64,000 nucleotides of DNA from Rubripirellula sp. (GCA_965216875.1 OZ244207.1:1728001-1792000); one strand, 5' to 3'. Shown: positions 20,375 through 31,230, numbered from the stretch's first letter. Notes: generated by a model not told the origin, from the letters alone. Translations and numbers: made by a program.

Positions 20375-22051
20375 CCCGAATTATTCATCAGAGTTGAACG
20401 AAAAGAGCCTTTCGTGCGTCCAAGTTGGTATCTGACATCAACTTACGACCCACAAAAAGGCTCGCCCCAATGGTACACGATTTACAGCCAGCGTTGTTCG
20501 ACTTTTTCCCGGGGCGAACGATTGAAGTTCGGCAAGTTGACGAACATGTCAGTTGCGATGGTGGCCTCGTGGTGTTCCGTGAACTCGACGATAAGCTCGG
20601 GCTGACTGAATCGTTTTCTGATTGCATCGGCGAAGTCAGACGCAAGCCGACTCATTCTCTCTTAAGCGTTATTCGACAGCGCGTTTTTGGAATCATCGCT
20701 GGCTACGAAGACCAGGACGATCACGACACGTTGCGCTCGGATCCTATCTTCAAGTTGATCGCTGGGCGTACGGTTCAAGAGGGGGATTTGGCGAGTCAGC
20801 CCACCATCTCCAGAATTGAAAATGGGATCACCCCGAGAGATCTGCTGGCTCTGGAGGACTGGTTCATCAAGGCATTCGTCGAGTCGTTTGACGAGCCACC
20901 CTCCGAGGTCACCCTTGATATCGACACCTTTGCCGACGCCACGCACGGCGCCCAGCAACTAACCTTCTTCAACGGGTTCTACCGTCAGCACATGTACCAG
21001 GAGCGTGTGATCACTTGTGCTGAAAACCAACAGGTGGTTCTCCCTGTTTTGCTGTATGGGACGGCCAATGTTGCATTGGCCGCTGACGATGACCTGCTTC
21101 GAATCATCGACGCGTTGCGTCAGAAGTTCCCGGATGTTCGGGTGCATGTGCGAGCCGACAACGGCTTCGCCACACCCTACATCTACGAGGCACTGGAATC
21201 TCGCTCCGGAGTGACGTACAGCATCGGTTACCAAATGAACCGGTTAATGCGGAGATTTACGGACGAATTGAAGTGTGTTGCCGAGTTGGCATTCGAGTCG
21301 TCCGGACAGGAGCAGTGTCGGTTCATGCACCGCAAACATCAAGCTGGAACCTGGAAACGGGAACGTGACTTGGTCTTTAAATGTGAAGTGACCAGCGAAG
21401 GAACCAACCGACGTGTCGTGGTGACCAATCGTCCAGGCGCCGAGCAATACCCCGACGGAGTCTATCAAGAGTATGGGGATCGGGGCGAAAGTGAAAACCG
21501 AAACAAAGAATTGAGTGTGGACCTCTGCGCTGACCGCCTGAGCGACCACCGCTACATGGCGAATCTGTTCCGGATGATGTTGCACTGTGTCTCTTACAAC
21601 TTGCTGGCGAGACTACGGAGGATCGTTGCGAGCCCACTGGATGAACCGGTCGATCCGTCGACCCACCTTCCATTCGAGGCGTTGCCAACACCTCAAAAGC
21701 AGCGGCACCGAAGTCGCAATCGCCGACACGATCCATTGGGTCGCGGGCAGGCGATGACTTGGCGAACGCTGGTCGTGAAAGTGGCAGCGCGAGTTGAACT
21801 GCTTAGCCGCAAGGTGCGTCTTCTCGTTCCAACTTCTTGGCCTCACTGGCGACACCTACACCGAGTCACTGTCGCACTGGCGGCCTACCATGCCAGCGAC
21901 TAATCGCCCCCATCGAAGCGCTCGCTAGTCGCTCGTGGCCAATCAGGTCATTGGGGTAAGGGGCCCTCCGCGCCGACTTCGGCACAGCCCCCGAAAAACA
22001 ACTTCTATCACGCCAGCAACTCCAAACCTCAAAACCCATGAATAATCCGGG
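20375..22051 (+). mobile_element. IS1380-family insertion sequence (1677 bp)
   Basis: Terminal inverted repeats CCCGAATTATTCAT / ATGAATAATCCGGG (13 of 14 match); CTAG duplicated at 20371-20374 and 22052-22055. Confidence 0.92.
20470..21903 (+). CDS. IS1380-family DDE transposase
   Basis: SCDGGL, GYEDQDDHDTLRSDP, LASQPTISR, LDID, VRADNGF, YGDRGESENRNKE. Confidence 0.93.
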   Translation: MVHDLQPALFDFFPGRTIEVRQVDEHVSCDGGLVVFRELDDKLGLTESFSDCIGEVRRKPTHSLLSVIRQRVFGIIAGYEDQDDHDTLRSDPIFKLIAGRTVQEGDLASQPTISRIENGITPRDLLALEDWFIKAFVESFDEPPSEVTLDIDTFADATHGAQQLTFFNGFYRQHMYQERVITCAENQQVVLPVLLYGTANVALAADDDLLRIIDALRQKFPDVRVHVRADNGFATPYIYEALESRSGVTYSIGYQMNRLMRRFTDELKCVAELAFESSGQEQCRFMHRKHQAGTWKRERDLVFKCEVTSEGTNRRVVVTNRPGAEQYPDGVYQEYGDRGESENRNKELSVDLCADRLSDHRYMANLFRMMLHCVSYNLLARLRRIVASPLDEPVDPSTHLPFEALPTPQKQRHRSRNRRHDPLGRGQAMTWRTLVVKVAARVELLSRKVRLLVPTSWPHWRHLHRVTVALAAYHASD

Positions 22052-22218
22052 CTAGCGTCGGGCCTCATCAGCCGTAGCTACGCTCGCCAGAGCGTGGTGC
22101 TTTAGCGGGCGACCATCCAGCACATTCCACCTTCTGGCGAAGGTAGCTACGGATGCGATCGCGTTTGCGACGCCTTTACGGCCGCGTGTCATGCAGAGCA
22201 TGACCTACATGTAGGCCA

Positions 22219-23433
22219 TTACAGCGTCGTGCTGCTCTTGAGCACCGGTACGAGTAGCGCCAACACGACGCCCAGTACGAGGATGGCCATGATCAACAAC
22301 ATGATCGGTTCGAGCAGTCGTACGAACAGGTCCAAACGACGGAACGTCACCTTCTCCAGCGAATCGGCGATGTCCGGAAGCACGGTGTCGAGTGAGTTGC
22401 TCTCTTCGCCGATGCTGATCATTTCCACCACCGATGGTGGGAAATGACCCGATGCACGTAGCGGCGATGCCAAGCTTTCACCACTTCGGATGTTTTCACT
22501 TGCGTCAGTGACAGACTTGGAAAGCAAGCGGTTGCCGGTCGCCGTGCCGCTGATGTCGAGCGACTTGAGGATCGGAACGCCGTTGCCCAGCAGCGTTCCG
22601 AGAACGCGACAGAAACGTGCGACAGCCAGGTTCATCAAGATGCCGCCGAGGATTGGAATCTTGAGTTTGGCGCGATCAAAGAACTCTAGTCCTTGTTCGG
22701 TCTTCAGTTTCATTCGTATCGCGACACCAGCGAATAATATGGCGAACAGGATGAGGATCCCGTAGTCTTGCAGCATGTTGCTGAACGCGAGCAGTGCTTT
22801 GGTCGGCAGAGGCATCTCGCCCTTTTCGTCGAGCCTTGCGAAAAGCATCTCGAACTTGGGAACGAAGAAGACCAACAGCACGGTCACGACGACCGATCCA
22901 ACGCAAAACAGGAACGCGGGATAGGCAAGTGCGCTGACGGTACGCCCTTTGAGGTCTTCTTGCAGTTCGGTGAACGCGCCAACGCGTTCGAGGGCGTCTT
23001 CAAGGAACCCGCCTTCAGTGCCCGCGCGGACCATATTACAGCCCATGTCGCTGAAGACACCGGGGTAGCGCGCCATGGCGTTACCAAGCGGTTCACCATC
23101 TTCGACACGCGTTTTGATCTCGGCGATCACTTCCTTGAGTACCTCGTCGGAGGTTTGGTCCGAGAGGACGTTGAGCGTGCGGATCATCGGGACGCCGGCG
23201 CGCAATAGCGCTGCCATTTGGCCATAAAAAATGGCCATCGTTTGGGCTTTGACCTTTTTGCGTTTGCCAAAGAGTCGGATGCCAGCACCCGATTGTCCGA
23301 CATCTTCGACCGAGACGGGAAAGAGTGAACGTTCCGCAAGGATTGCGGTCACTTCGCGCTGGCCGGCTGCCTCGAGCGTCCCATTGATCTGTTTGCCCGT
23401 CATATCGCGGGCGGTGTATGCAAACGTTGGCAT
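22219..23433 (-). CDS. Type II secretion/type IV pilus inner-membrane platform protein (GspF/PilC family)
   Basis: MPTFAYTARD, LLRAGVP, SALAYP, GEES, LLEP. Confidence 0.93.
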   Translation of the reverse strand: MPTFAYTARDMTGKQINGTLEAAGQREVTAILAERSLFPVSVEDVGQSGAGIRLFGKRKKVKAQTMAIFYGQMAALLRAGVPMIRTLNVLSDQTSDEVLKEVIAEIKTRVEDGEPLGNAMARYPGVFSDMGCNMVRAGTEGGFLEDALERVGAFTELQEDLKGRTVSALAYPAFLFCVGSVVVTVLLVFFVPKFEMLFARLDEKGEMPLPTKALLAFSNMLQDYGILILFAILFAGVAIRMKLKTEQGLEFFDRAKLKIPILGGILMNLAVARFCRVLGTLLGNGVPILKSLDISGTATGNRLLSKSVTDASENIRSGESLASPLRASGHFPPSVVEMISIGEESNSLDTVLPDIADSLEKVTFRRLDLFVRLLEPIMLLIMAILVLGVVLALLVPVLKSSTTL

Positions 23434-23438
23434 GTCTT

Positions 23439-25130
23439 CTACAGCGCCTCGCCCTTGGTGACACGAAGCACTTCGTCGATGGTCGTGTTGCCGGCGACCA
23501 CTTTGTCCCATGCGTCCATTCGCAGAGTCCGCATGCCCTCTTTGACCGCTTGTTTGCGTACGTCCCAGCTACTTGAACGAGCAAGGGTCATGTCTTTGAT
23601 CGACTCCGTCGTCGTCAGCAGTTCGTAGATACCCATTCGACCTGCGTATCCGACGTTGCGACATTCGCGACAGCCTGTGCTGCGGTAGATCTTGTTGTTG
23701 CCAAGGTCATCCCAAGGAAAGTCGGCGGGCACGTCGTCACGGCTTGGCACATAGGCTTCTTTGCAGTGGTTGCAAACTCGCCGCAACAATCGCTGGGCCA
23801 TCACACCTTCGACCGTACCTGAAACAAGGAAGGGCTCCACGCCCATGTCAGCCATACGTGTGTAAGCACCTGCGGCGTCGTTGGTGTGCAACGTACTGAA
23901 GACCAAGTGACCGGTCAGTGATGCTTGAATCGCATTTTCAGCCGTCTCCAAGTCGCGAATCTCGCCAACCAGGACGATGTCGGGGTCGTGACGCAAGATG
24001 CTCCGCAGCGAATGAGCAAAGGTCAAACCAATCTTGCTGTGGACTTGAATCTGGTTGATTCCGTCAAGTTGGTATTCAACCGGATCCTCTGTCGTGATGA
24101 TCTTGGTCTCGGGACTCCGTATCTCGAGCAGCGAGCTATAAAGCGTCGTCGTCTTTCCGGAACCGGTCGGCCCGGTGACCAGAACGATCCCGTGAGGCAA
24201 GCGAATGAGTTGCTGGAACGTTTGATAGACTTGCTGGGACATCCCCAGGCCCTTCAAGTCAAACACCATGGCTGACTTGTCGAGCACACGCATCACCAAG
24301 CCTTCGCCATGGATCATCGGAATCACGCTCAGGCGGATGTCGACTTCCCGGCCGTGAACGCGAAGCTTGATTCGCCCGTCTTGCGGTAGGCGTTTTTCAG
24401 CGATGTTCAGTCTCGCCATGATTTTCAAGCGGCTGATGATCGCTGCTTGAAAGCGATTGATTTCCGGAGGCACCGGTTGAGGATGCAGGATGCCGTCGAT
24501 TCGGTAGCGAATCACGATCCCGTCGGATTGCGATTCGATGTGAACGTCGCTGGCGCGCGTTTCGATCGCCTCGAGCAAGATTTCGTTGACCAAGCGAACG
24601 ACCGACGCTTCCTGAGCCATTTCGCTCAGTTCGCTGCCGTCCGATTCGATCTGGTCGAGCAGTTCGACTTCTTCTTCCTCGGCCGATGCCAACAGGCCTT
24701 CGACCGTTTCACTACCGACGCCGAGGTGCCGGTTCATCAGACGCTGGATCTCCGCTCGCTCGGCGACGACGGGGATAATGTTCTTGCCGGTTGCAGCGCT
24801 TGCTTCATCAAGCGGGTAAAGGTCAAGCGGGTCTGACGTTGCGACCACGATCGAGTCGTCTTCGAAACGGACCGGAAAGAGCGATTGGCGATAGATCAGT
24901 TTCTGTGGAAAGCCAGCCAGCGCATCGAGGTCGATCTCGGTTTCGCGCAGGTCGACATATTCGAGGCCGACCTCTTCGGCGAGCGCTTTCAGTGCTTCGC
25001 GTTCGTTGACGTAGCCGAGCGAAATCGCAGCTTGCACGACGCTTGGCGAGTCACTGTTGCGGCTTTGTTCCAATTGCTCATCGCTCAACAAGCCGCGACG
25101 ACGAAGGATTTCACCAGCATGCATGATCAT
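23439..25130 (-). CDS. GspE/PulE/PilB-family secretion ATPase
   Basis: RLPQDGR, GPTGSGKTTT, LRHDPDIVLVGEIRD, STLHTND, two CxxC pairs; start uncertain. Confidence 0.95.
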   Translation of the reverse strand: MIMHAGEILRRRGLLSDEQLEQSRNSDSPSVVQAAISLGYVNEREALKALAEEVGLEYVDLRETEIDLDALAGFPQKLIYRQSLFPVRFEDDSIVVATSDPLDLYPLDEASAATGKNIIPVVAERAEIQRLMNRHLGVGSETVEGLLASAEEEEVELLDQIESDGSELSEMAQEASVVRLVNEILLEAIETRASDVHIESQSDGIVIRYRIDGILHPQPVPPEINRFQAAIISRLKIMARLNIAEKRLPQDGRIKLRVHGREVDIRLSVIPMIHGEGLVMRVLDKSAMVFDLKGLGMSQQVYQTFQQLIRLPHGIVLVTGPTGSGKTTTLYSSLLEIRSPETKIITTEDPVEYQLDGINQIQVHSKIGLTFAHSLRSILRHDPDIVLVGEIRDLETAENAIQASLTGHLVFSTLHTNDAAGAYTRMADMGVEPFLVSGTVEGVMAQRLLRRVCNHCKEAYVPSRDDVPADFPWDDLGNNKIYRSTGCRECRNVGYAGRMGIYELLTTTESIKDMTLARSSSWDVRKQAVKEGMRTLRMDAWDKVVAGNTTIDEVLRVTKGEAL

Positions 25131-25322
25131 GAAACTTTGCGCTCTCTCCACATTGCTACGCCGTCAGGTGGGATCGACCGGCGTGCGTGACGGTGCTGAT
25201 GAATCGGGCGTCGAACCATCGACACCACCGCCACTTCTATTGATGTTAGTTGATTGTCGAGGAAGCTGTTGGATTTCCAAGCCAACACAGTGCCAGTTGC
25301 GACAATCGACGTTCTTTTTGGG

Positions 25323-28277
25323 CTAGCGTCCTCCAGGACCGCGGCCACCGCCGCCTCCGGGACCGCCACGTCCGCCGCCTCCGGGACCGCCACGTCCGCC
25401 TCCGCCCGGTCCGCCGCCAACGCCGCCGCGACCGCCGCCAAACGGCCCACCACCGCCAAACCCTCCGGCTCGCAGTCGATTGAACAGTTCTTGGCGTCGC
25501 TGGATTTCGGATGACGATGTGTTTGCGCCGCTGCTGCCCGATTCGTTGGAGGAATTCGAGCTCGAAGCGCCGTCGCCGGTCGTGTTGACTTGAGTTCCCA
25601 AGATCGACTCGAGGGCAACACGCAGGACTTCAGGATTGAGCGAGCCGTCGACGCCGATCGTCACGACAACCTCTTCGTTTTCTTTGCCACCAAAGTCCAA
25701 TGCATTGACCAGAGCTTCGACCTCAGCGAAGTCTTGCGGTGTCGCGGTGACCACGAGCGAATTGCTCTTCTCGTCAACGGCGATGCTGATCTTCTGGGGC
25801 TCGCTGGTTGGCGTGCTGCCTCGGCCGCCGCGTCCACCACCACGCAGTGCGTTGATGAAATCTTGAGGTGAAGGTTGTCCACCACCACGGCCGCCACCGC
25901 CACCGGCGTTGTTGGCTGCGGCACCCTCGATGCGCGTTCCAAAGATCTTTTTGACCACTTCGGAAACGTCGTTGGCATCCTGGTAAATCACAGGAATCAG
26001 TTTGGGCTTGGCCGTCGTTTCGATGTCTTCGGGGCTTTCTTGACGATCAACCTTTTCCAAGATCATCTCGATCATCTGCAGGTCAATCGAATTGGCGTGC
26101 ACGATCAAGCAATTCAATCGCATGTCGGGAACGATGTTGACCGAACCGGTCGGAGTCAAAATTGACTTGGCCGATGACGTTCCGCCACCGCCGCCGCCGC
26201 CTCCGCCTGCAGCGCCAAGAAACCCGAGCATGCCCGAGAGCCCGCCACCGGTGACGCTGTCGACGGCTGAGGTGAGCGTGCTTTCGCTTCCACCTAGAAC
26301 GCTGGCAATTAGCTCGGCGGTGATGTCCGCCTTGGCGTACTTGAGCCAAAAGATGGTTGGTAAATCGGATGCTTGCGAGGTGGGCGAGGCCACTGATTCC
26401 ATGAGCGTTTGGAATGCGTCGAGCGCCTCGGTGTCTTCCGAGGCGATGATCATGCCTGCTGGCGTGAACTGAACGACGATGTCCGAACCACCGAGATTCA
26501 GTTTGACGGTGTCGTCGGCGGCTTGGGCGAGAGTCTTTTGAGCGTTGGCGTCTTCATTTCGCTCGTTGATCAAGTAGTACTTTTTTGGGGCAGCGACGCT
26601 CGCCTCGGTTGTCACCGGACTGACCTCGCGTTTGCGAGGTTGGTTGTTTGCATCGGGTTCGCGAATCACACGGCGCTCTGGGATCCCGCCTCCACCGCCA
26701 TTTCCGCGCGACGGCGTGCTGGTGCGAATACGGTTCGGGCGACCCATCACCTCCCAAATGTCTTTGACCTGATAGAGTGCGTCTTCAGCGGCGCGTCCGG
26801 TGTAGGGAAGGATACGAACTTTGTCGCCCAAGCCGCTCAACGCATCTTCGCCCTCAAGTTCCGCGATCAGCTTTTCGACCAACGCGATTTCCTCGGGTGT
26901 GCCTCGAACCCAGAGCCGACCGGTAAGCGGGTCGCCGTCGACGGTTGGACTTTCGCCACCTTCTTCGGTGACGCCAAAGAACTTGTTGATGGTCAACAAC
27001 GCTTGCGACGGGTCGAGGCGTTTCAGGTTCAAGACTTTGAAATCTTGCCCGCGACCTTCCATTTGAGCGAGCGTCTTTTCAATCAGCTCTTGGGTTTCGG
27101 GGCGAGCCCGAGCGATGATCGCTTTAGTGTTCGGATCGATGCCAATGCGAACATCGGGAATGTCGGCCAGCATCGTTTGCAGGACGTCGAACACGGTGGC
27201 GACATCAGCGGTGGCCACGAAGTGGCTTTTGAAGACGGGAAGCGCCGCGTCGCCCTCTTCGGTGGTTTGGAGTTCGGGTAGCGGCTTGTCGCGTTTTTCA
27301 ACGATTGCCTCGAGCAATTTGAGTTTGCCCGGCTCGCCGGTCGCCATGATCAGGTCACCGTAGAGGCTGACCGAAATTCGAATGTCGTCACTTGTGTTTT
27401 CACCGGGCTCGAGCCCCAACAGCGGGCGGGCGAGTTCGAGCAACTCTTCGGCACCGCGATACTCAAGTTCCATTTCGATCACTTGCGAATCGGCCGATGC
27501 TGCCTGGTCCAAGACGGTGCGGATCGCGCGAAGCTTTCCGGCGGTCTCGGTCACTTTGACTTGACGCGCTGAATCGAGCACAACGATTCGGCCCCAAGGC
27601 CCCTTCATCAATGTCAGCTCGTCGCGGGCAGCGTCGGGCGTCATGCTGCCAAGTGAGAAGACACAACTCACGATGTCGCTTTCGCCACGATCGTCGAGTT
27701 GTTCAGGAGTGACCAGCTCGGCAATCTCGCTAATCAGCTCTTCCGCGTTTTCCGCTTCGAGGTCGATGATCTGCAGCGTTCGTCCGCGGCGCACGATCGC
27801 GAATCCACGCTTCATCATTCCCAAATTCAGAATGTCGAGCGATTCAGAGATCGTGTAGGCCTTGGTCGGATCGGAGTAGGTAAAGCTTCCCGCTGGCAAC
27901 AAGTCGTACTCGAGCGACATTTCAGCTTGGTCGGAGAACCACTCCAGAACCGCTTGCCAGTTGGTGCGGGCAAAGTTGAAACGAACGAAGCGATCGTCGG
28001 CTGGCGTTTTCTCGGCTGCTGGCGGCGCTGGTTTTGCCGGGGCGACTTGAACGTCGGCGGGACTCGCTGGCTCGGCTGGCTCAGCGTTGACACCTGATTC
28101 CGATTCGTCGGCTGCATCCGCAGGTTTCTCGGGCGCCGATTCGGGCGAAGTGGGCGCGTCTGAGACGGCTTTCTCGGTGCCCGCAGACTCGTCGGCTGAT
28201 TGTTGTGCCCAGGCTGGGGCAACCAGCAGGACAAGCACCAATTGGGGCAGAAAAAGGGATCTGAAATTCGTTTTCAT
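25323..28277 (-). CDS. Secretin N-terminal (GspD N-domain) repeat protein with Gly/Arg-rich tail
   Basis: Signal peptide, RFNFARTNW, repeated N-domain-like units (DPNTKAII, DMRLNCLIV, DEKSNSLVV); no recognisable secretin barrel. Confidence 0.8.
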   Translation of the reverse strand: MKTNFRSLFLPQLVLVLLVAPAWAQQSADESAGTEKAVSDAPTSPESAPEKPADAADESESGVNAEPAEPASPADVQVAPAKPAPPAAEKTPADDRFVRFNFARTNWQAVLEWFSDQAEMSLEYDLLPAGSFTYSDPTKAYTISESLDILNLGMMKRGFAIVRRGRTLQIIDLEAENAEELISEIAELVTPEQLDDRGESDIVSCVFSLGSMTPDAARDELTLMKGPWGRIVVLDSARQVKVTETAGKLRAIRTVLDQAASADSQVIEMELEYRGAEELLELARPLLGLEPGENTSDDIRISVSLYGDLIMATGEPGKLKLLEAIVEKRDKPLPELQTTEEGDAALPVFKSHFVATADVATVFDVLQTMLADIPDVRIGIDPNTKAIIARARPETQELIEKTLAQMEGRGQDFKVLNLKRLDPSQALLTINKFFGVTEEGGESPTVDGDPLTGRLWVRGTPEEIALVEKLIAELEGEDALSGLGDKVRILPYTGRAAEDALYQVKDIWEVMGRPNRIRTSTPSRGNGGGGGIPERRVIREPDANNQPRKREVSPVTTEASVAAPKKYYLINERNEDANAQKTLAQAADDTVKLNLGGSDIVVQFTPAGMIIASEDTEALDAFQTLMESVASPTSQASDLPTIFWLKYAKADITAELIASVLGGSESTLTSAVDSVTGGGLSGMLGFLGAAGGGGGGGGGTSSAKSILTPTGSVNIVPDMRLNCLIVHANSIDLQMIEMILEKVDRQESPEDIETTAKPKLIPVIYQDANDVSEVVKKIFGTRIEGAAANNAGGGGGRGGGQPSPQDFINALRGGGRGGRGSTPTSEPQKISIAVDEKSNSLVVTATPQDFAEVEALVNALDFGGKENEEVVVTIGVDGSLNPEVLRVALESILGTQVNTTGDGASSSNSSNESGSSGANTSSSEIQRRQELFNRLRAGGFGGGGPFGGGRGGVGGGPGGGGRGGPGGGGRGGPGGGGGRGPGGR

Positions 28278-28980
28278 GCCAGAAGATTGTCGTCTGAATT
28301 CAGGAAATAGAACTTTCGACCATCTTAGTCAGCGTCACAAGATTCGCTTTTGATGGTCGGTTTTCACGTCGAAAAGCTGCTCTTTTGAGCCCCCACATTG
28401 CTTGTAACCCCTCCATATGTCAGGAGTTCTGCTAGATCGCTCGTACTTTTGCCGCAATTGGGCCCGCCAGGCGGTGCGACCCTGAGGCTGCCGAAGCCCC
28501 ACTTTCGCTGCAACTGAACGCTCATTTCGCTGCAACTCTGGCCTCAAAATGCCCGCCGGAGCACCTTCCACTGACGGTCAAGGCTCAAACGTGCATTAAA
28601 CAGAGCGGCCCAAAACCGCGACCCAAACAGAGCGACGCTCCTGAAAAGGACGCGACCCAATGCAAATGGAGTGACTGGGGAGAATATTCGTATGACTTGG
28701 GGGGAATCTTGCCAGACGCTACGATAAAGCAAGCGGCGGAGCCCGAACTATTCCCAATTGGCGAGGAAAACCGGGGCAAACCGCGTGGAAACAGACCGGG
28801 GCAATTCCGCCGTGCCACGCCAACGCTCAAACTCGACTGTCGATCCCATTATCGAGGTCGCTTTTCGATGAAATAATCGAGCGTCCATTCCCAACGAATG
28901 ACCGAGTTGGGACATACTGTCACACAACCTGACCGCTACCCAAATCCCGCAAAAGAAACGGCGGCAACCGAGAAACGATC

Positions 28981-29781
28981 GTGATGCTGAAGAAGCAAAA
29001 AAAGTTGATCCTGAATTCCGAACAGCAAGACTCGATGCGGCGTGCCGGTCGAGTCAACGCACAGTTGATGGACTACCTGCGCCCTCACGTGAAAGCGGGA
29101 ATCACGACGGGGCAGATCGATGAAATGGTTCATTCCTGGACGATGGATCACGGTCACAAACCTGCCACCCTCGGCTACCAAAACTACCCCAAGAGTTGCT
29201 GCACGAGTATCAACGACGTCATTTGCCACGGCATCCCTGACGACTACGAGCTCAAGCCGGGTGACATCGTCAACGTCGACATCACGACAGTGGTGGACGG
29301 CTGGCACGGTGACCAAAGCGAGACGTTTTTGGTTGACGAAGTGACCGAAGAAAAACGGGCGGTCACACAGTGCGCATTCGACTGTCTCTACCTTGCCATC
29401 GAGGCGTTGACCCCTGGATGTCGCGTCAGCACGATTGGTGAAACGGTTGTCCCCGAAGCACACAAACGCGGTTTCACTGTCGTACGCGAATACGTTGGGC
29501 ATGGCTTGGGACGACAATTTCACCTCGACCCGTCGATTCCCCACTTCCCGAATCGGCAGAGCCGAATCGATCGCCTTTACCCCGGCATGTGCTTTACCGT
29601 CGAACCAATGATCAATGCAGGGTCGCGGTACACGCGCAGTGACAAAGTCGACGGATGGACCGTCCGCACAAAAGACAGTCGACCATCGGCGCAGTTCGAA
29701 CATTCGCTGCTGATGACGGAAGAAGGCCCCGAGATCCTCACGCTCACTCAGAACGGCCCGCGACGAGGGCATCAGTTCTAA
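28981..29781 (+). CDS. map: Type I methionine aminopeptidase
   Basis: CTSINDVICHGIP, GDIVNVD, GHGLGRQFH, FTVEPMIN, AQFEHS. Confidence 0.96.
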   Translation: MMLKKQKKLILNSEQQDSMRRAGRVNAQLMDYLRPHVKAGITTGQIDEMVHSWTMDHGHKPATLGYQNYPKSCCTSINDVICHGIPDDYELKPGDIVNVDITTVVDGWHGDQSETFLVDEVTEEKRAVTQCAFDCLYLAIEALTPGCRVSTIGETVVPEAHKRGFTVVREYVGHGLGRQFHLDPSIPHFPNRQSRIDRLYPGMCFTVEPMINAGSRYTRSDKVDGWTVRTKDSRPSAQFEHSLLMTEEGPEILTLTQNGPRRGHQF

Positions 29782-29882
29782 GCCGACCTCGGTCGCTTTT
29801 TCGCGGTTCTCCATTCGCGCTGCGCTGGTGACGGGTATGCCAAGCCAGCATGTTTCTCCCTCCCTTCCCGCCTGCCTAGCTC

Positions 29883-30800
29883 ATGATGCAACTCGGATTT
29901 GTAAGCGCCATCGTTCCCGACTTGACGCTTGAAGAAGTCTTCTCGACGGCAGCTGAGATTGGATACGACTGTGTGGAAGTGATGTGTTGGCCGATGGGCA
30001 AAGCCACTCGTCGCTATGCCGGTATCACACACATTGACGTCGCCAGCCTCGATGATGCTGCTGTCGAGCAGATCCATGCACTGCAAGAGAAGTATGGCGT
30101 TTCGATCAGTGGCCTTGGCTACTATCCCAACGCACTCTCGGGCGACCAAGCGGAAGCCGATGCGGCTGCGGCACACATCAAAGCGGTAATCGCTGCAACG
30201 TCAAAGCTTGGCCTCACCCGGATGAACACGTTCATTGGTCGCGATTGGACCAAGAGCGTCGATGACAATTGGCCAAGATTCCTGGAAACATGGCGGCCGA
30301 TCATCAAACACGCCGAAGATCACGGCGTGAACGTGGGGATCGAGAACTGCCCGATGTTGTTCACTGCTGACGAATGGCCCGGTGGTAAGAACTTGGCCAG
30401 CAGTCCGGCGATCTGGCGGCGGATGTTTGAGGACATTCCGAGTGATCATTTTGGGCTCAACTACGACCCGTCTCACATGATTTTCCAGCACATGGATTAT
30501 CTCAAGCCGATGCGCGACTTTGCGTCGCGGCTATTCCATGTTCATGCAAAAGATGTGCGAGTGGACCAGCATCGGTTGGATGACGTCGGGATTCTGGCTT
30601 TCCCGAACGACTACCACACGCCGAAGTTGCCCGGCATGGGTGGTGTGAATTGGGGCGACTTCTTTTCGACGCTCACATCGATCGGCTACCAAGGTCCTGT
30701 GTGCGTCGAAGTCGAAGACCGCGCCTACGAGGGATCTGTCGAGTCGTGCAAGAAGGCGTTGGTGCAAAGCCACACCTTCCTGAGGAATTACATCCCCTGA
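29883..30800 (+). CDS. Sugar phosphate isomerase/epimerase (xylose-isomerase-like TIM barrel)
   Basis: IENCP, NYDPSH, HVHAKD, VEVED. Confidence 0.9.
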   Translation: MMQLGFVSAIVPDLTLEEVFSTAAEIGYDCVEVMCWPMGKATRRYAGITHIDVASLDDAAVEQIHALQEKYGVSISGLGYYPNALSGDQAEADAAAAHIKAVIAATSKLGLTRMNTFIGRDWTKSVDDNWPRFLETWRPIIKHAEDHGVNVGIENCPMLFTADEWPGGKNLASSPAIWRRMFEDIPSDHFGLNYDPSHMIFQHMDYLKPMRDFASRLFHVHAKDVRVDQHRLDDVGILAFPNDYHTPKLPGMGGVNWGDFFSTLTSIGYQGPVCVEVEDRAYEGSVESCKKALVQSHTFLRNYIP

Positions 30801-30840
30801 GTTGAACCACGCTGGTCGCGGCTACCGCCCTCGTTACGTC

Positions 30841-31222
30841 CTCGTTCCCACGGTCCCCGTGGTAACGCACTCTTCGACGCTCCGCGTCTCTTTTATGCAC
30901 TGCCGCGTTGTCGGCGGAAGCACGAGAAGATCCCGGCTAAAGCTCGGTACTACGAACGCTACCGCCCTCGTTCCCACGGTCCCCGTGGTAACGCACTCTT
31001 TGACGCTCCGCGTCTCTTTTATGCACTGCCGCGTTGTCGCCAGAAGCGCGCGAAGGTTCCGGCTAAAGCTCGGTACTACGAACTCTACTGACCGTAGCTA
31101 CCTTCGCCAGAAGGTGGATTGCGCTGGTGTTCCGCTCTCTAAAACTCCACGCTCTGGCGAGCGTAGCTGCTGCTGAAGGGCCCGACGCTAGCGCGTTCGG
31201 CTCACGAAGGCAAAAGGCGACG
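30841..31222. repeat. Tandem duplication (period 127 bp) plus REP mosaic
   Basis: CTCGTTCCCACGGTCCCCGTGGTAACGCAC...CCGGCTAAAGCTCGGTACTACGAAC starts at 30841 and 30968; GTAGCTAC pair and a reverse GAGCC...GCTAGC copy follow. Confidence 0.9.
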
Positions 31223-31230
31223 ATGGCGAA

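Larger units (their letters stand above)
20141..22208. repeat. REP mosaic with two tandem units, the second interrupted by the IS, bounded by inverted GTAGGTCATGCTC copies
   Basis: 20213-20312 repeats at 22052-22151; outer inverted copies at 20141-20161 and 22188-22208. Confidence 0.85.

Noticed and set aside
28770..28820. GGCAAACC...GAAA resembling a c-di-GMP-I riboswitch
   Set aside because: Pairing around GAAA is weak and the following GACGCAAAGC-like motif and second stem are absent.
30802..31176. 124-aa ORF with internal repeat
   Set aside because: It is the translation of the tandem REP duplication.
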